Positions 31,841 to 32,000 of a stretch of 32,000 bases of DNA are shown piece after piece. Numbering within the stretch: the stretch's first letter is position 1; each line of letters opens with the position of its first letter. The position numbers and the translations under genes were made by a program. Source of the DNA: Candidatus Saganbacteria bacterium (lineage in GTDB: Bacteria; Margulisbacteria; WOR-1; JAKLHX01); the NCBI GenBank assembly GCA_026387835.1, contig JAPLKZ010000006.1, positions 29,104-61,103 of the forward strand, read 5' to 3'. The notes below the pieces were generated by a model. The model saw only the letters and a list, made by a program, of their open reading frames with translations, was not told the origin of the DNA and made no database searches.

Positions 31841-32000
31841 GAGGAGTTGTTTTATGGTAGAAAATAGCGGGTACGGGCATCGAAAAATGATCGTGTGGCA
31901 AAATCTCCTCAAAGTCATAATTAATTCCATAGCTTAGGTCGGAGAAAATTCCAGAGTCCGATCACCCCCAGCCAAAGGGGTATTATGCCCTTTTAATGCC

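Noticed and set aside
31363-31901. Minus-strand ORFs of 80, 97 and 61 aa, and the plus-strand 60-aa ORF, around tRNA-Arg(UCG) and the repeats
   Set aside because: They run through the tRNA gene or are generated by the low-complexity repeat sequence (Pro/Ser/Leu-rich translations). No SDs.

Overview
Bacterial chromosomal window, standard genetic code, probably from an uncultivated flagellated lineage. Most of it is recognisable housekeeping.

Positions 1-13579 form one minus-strand block. In transcription order it reads accD, accA, tRNA-Leu(CAA), tRNA-Leu(CAG), two orphan ORFs (497 aa and 665 aa), rho, murF, tRNA-Ser(UGA), then a compact flagellar operon (fliK-flgD-flgE-fliM-fliN-fliO-fliP-fliQ', running off the window).

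The plus strand follows with rpsT, a DUF47/PhoU-like gene, a Pit phosphate transporter and ispE. After that comes a separate unit: a 56-aa ORF, a divergent GT35 (alpha-glucan phosphorylase)-like gene and a ribokinase/PfkB-like gene with a degenerate active-site motif. This unit converges on an OYE-family flavin oxidoreductase.

Next are an LTxxQ (Spy/CpxP-like) periplasmic protein and a beta-barrel OMP. A minus-strand unit follows: lipid kinase, rarA, larB, larC, rnhA, and a type-A RNase P RNA (rnpB) that the ORF track cannot show.

The right end has a self-contained 26-aa hydrophobic peptide gene, an orphan 204-aa ORF coupled to a dCTP-deaminase/dUTPase-fold gene, queH (whose 3' end overlaps a tRNA-Arg), a DEAD-box helicase flanked by two tRNA-Arg paralogs, and a cluster of 88-bp GA-rich repeats in alternating orientation.

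The candidates for something undescribed, best first:
- the orf497/orf665 pair, for which I can recognise no family
- the small-ORF/GT35-like/PfkB-like module
- the 26-aa peptide unit
- the repeat cluster

No CRISPR array, integrase, transposase or rRNA was seen. All family assignments rest on motif recognition by eye. No database search or HMM was run.
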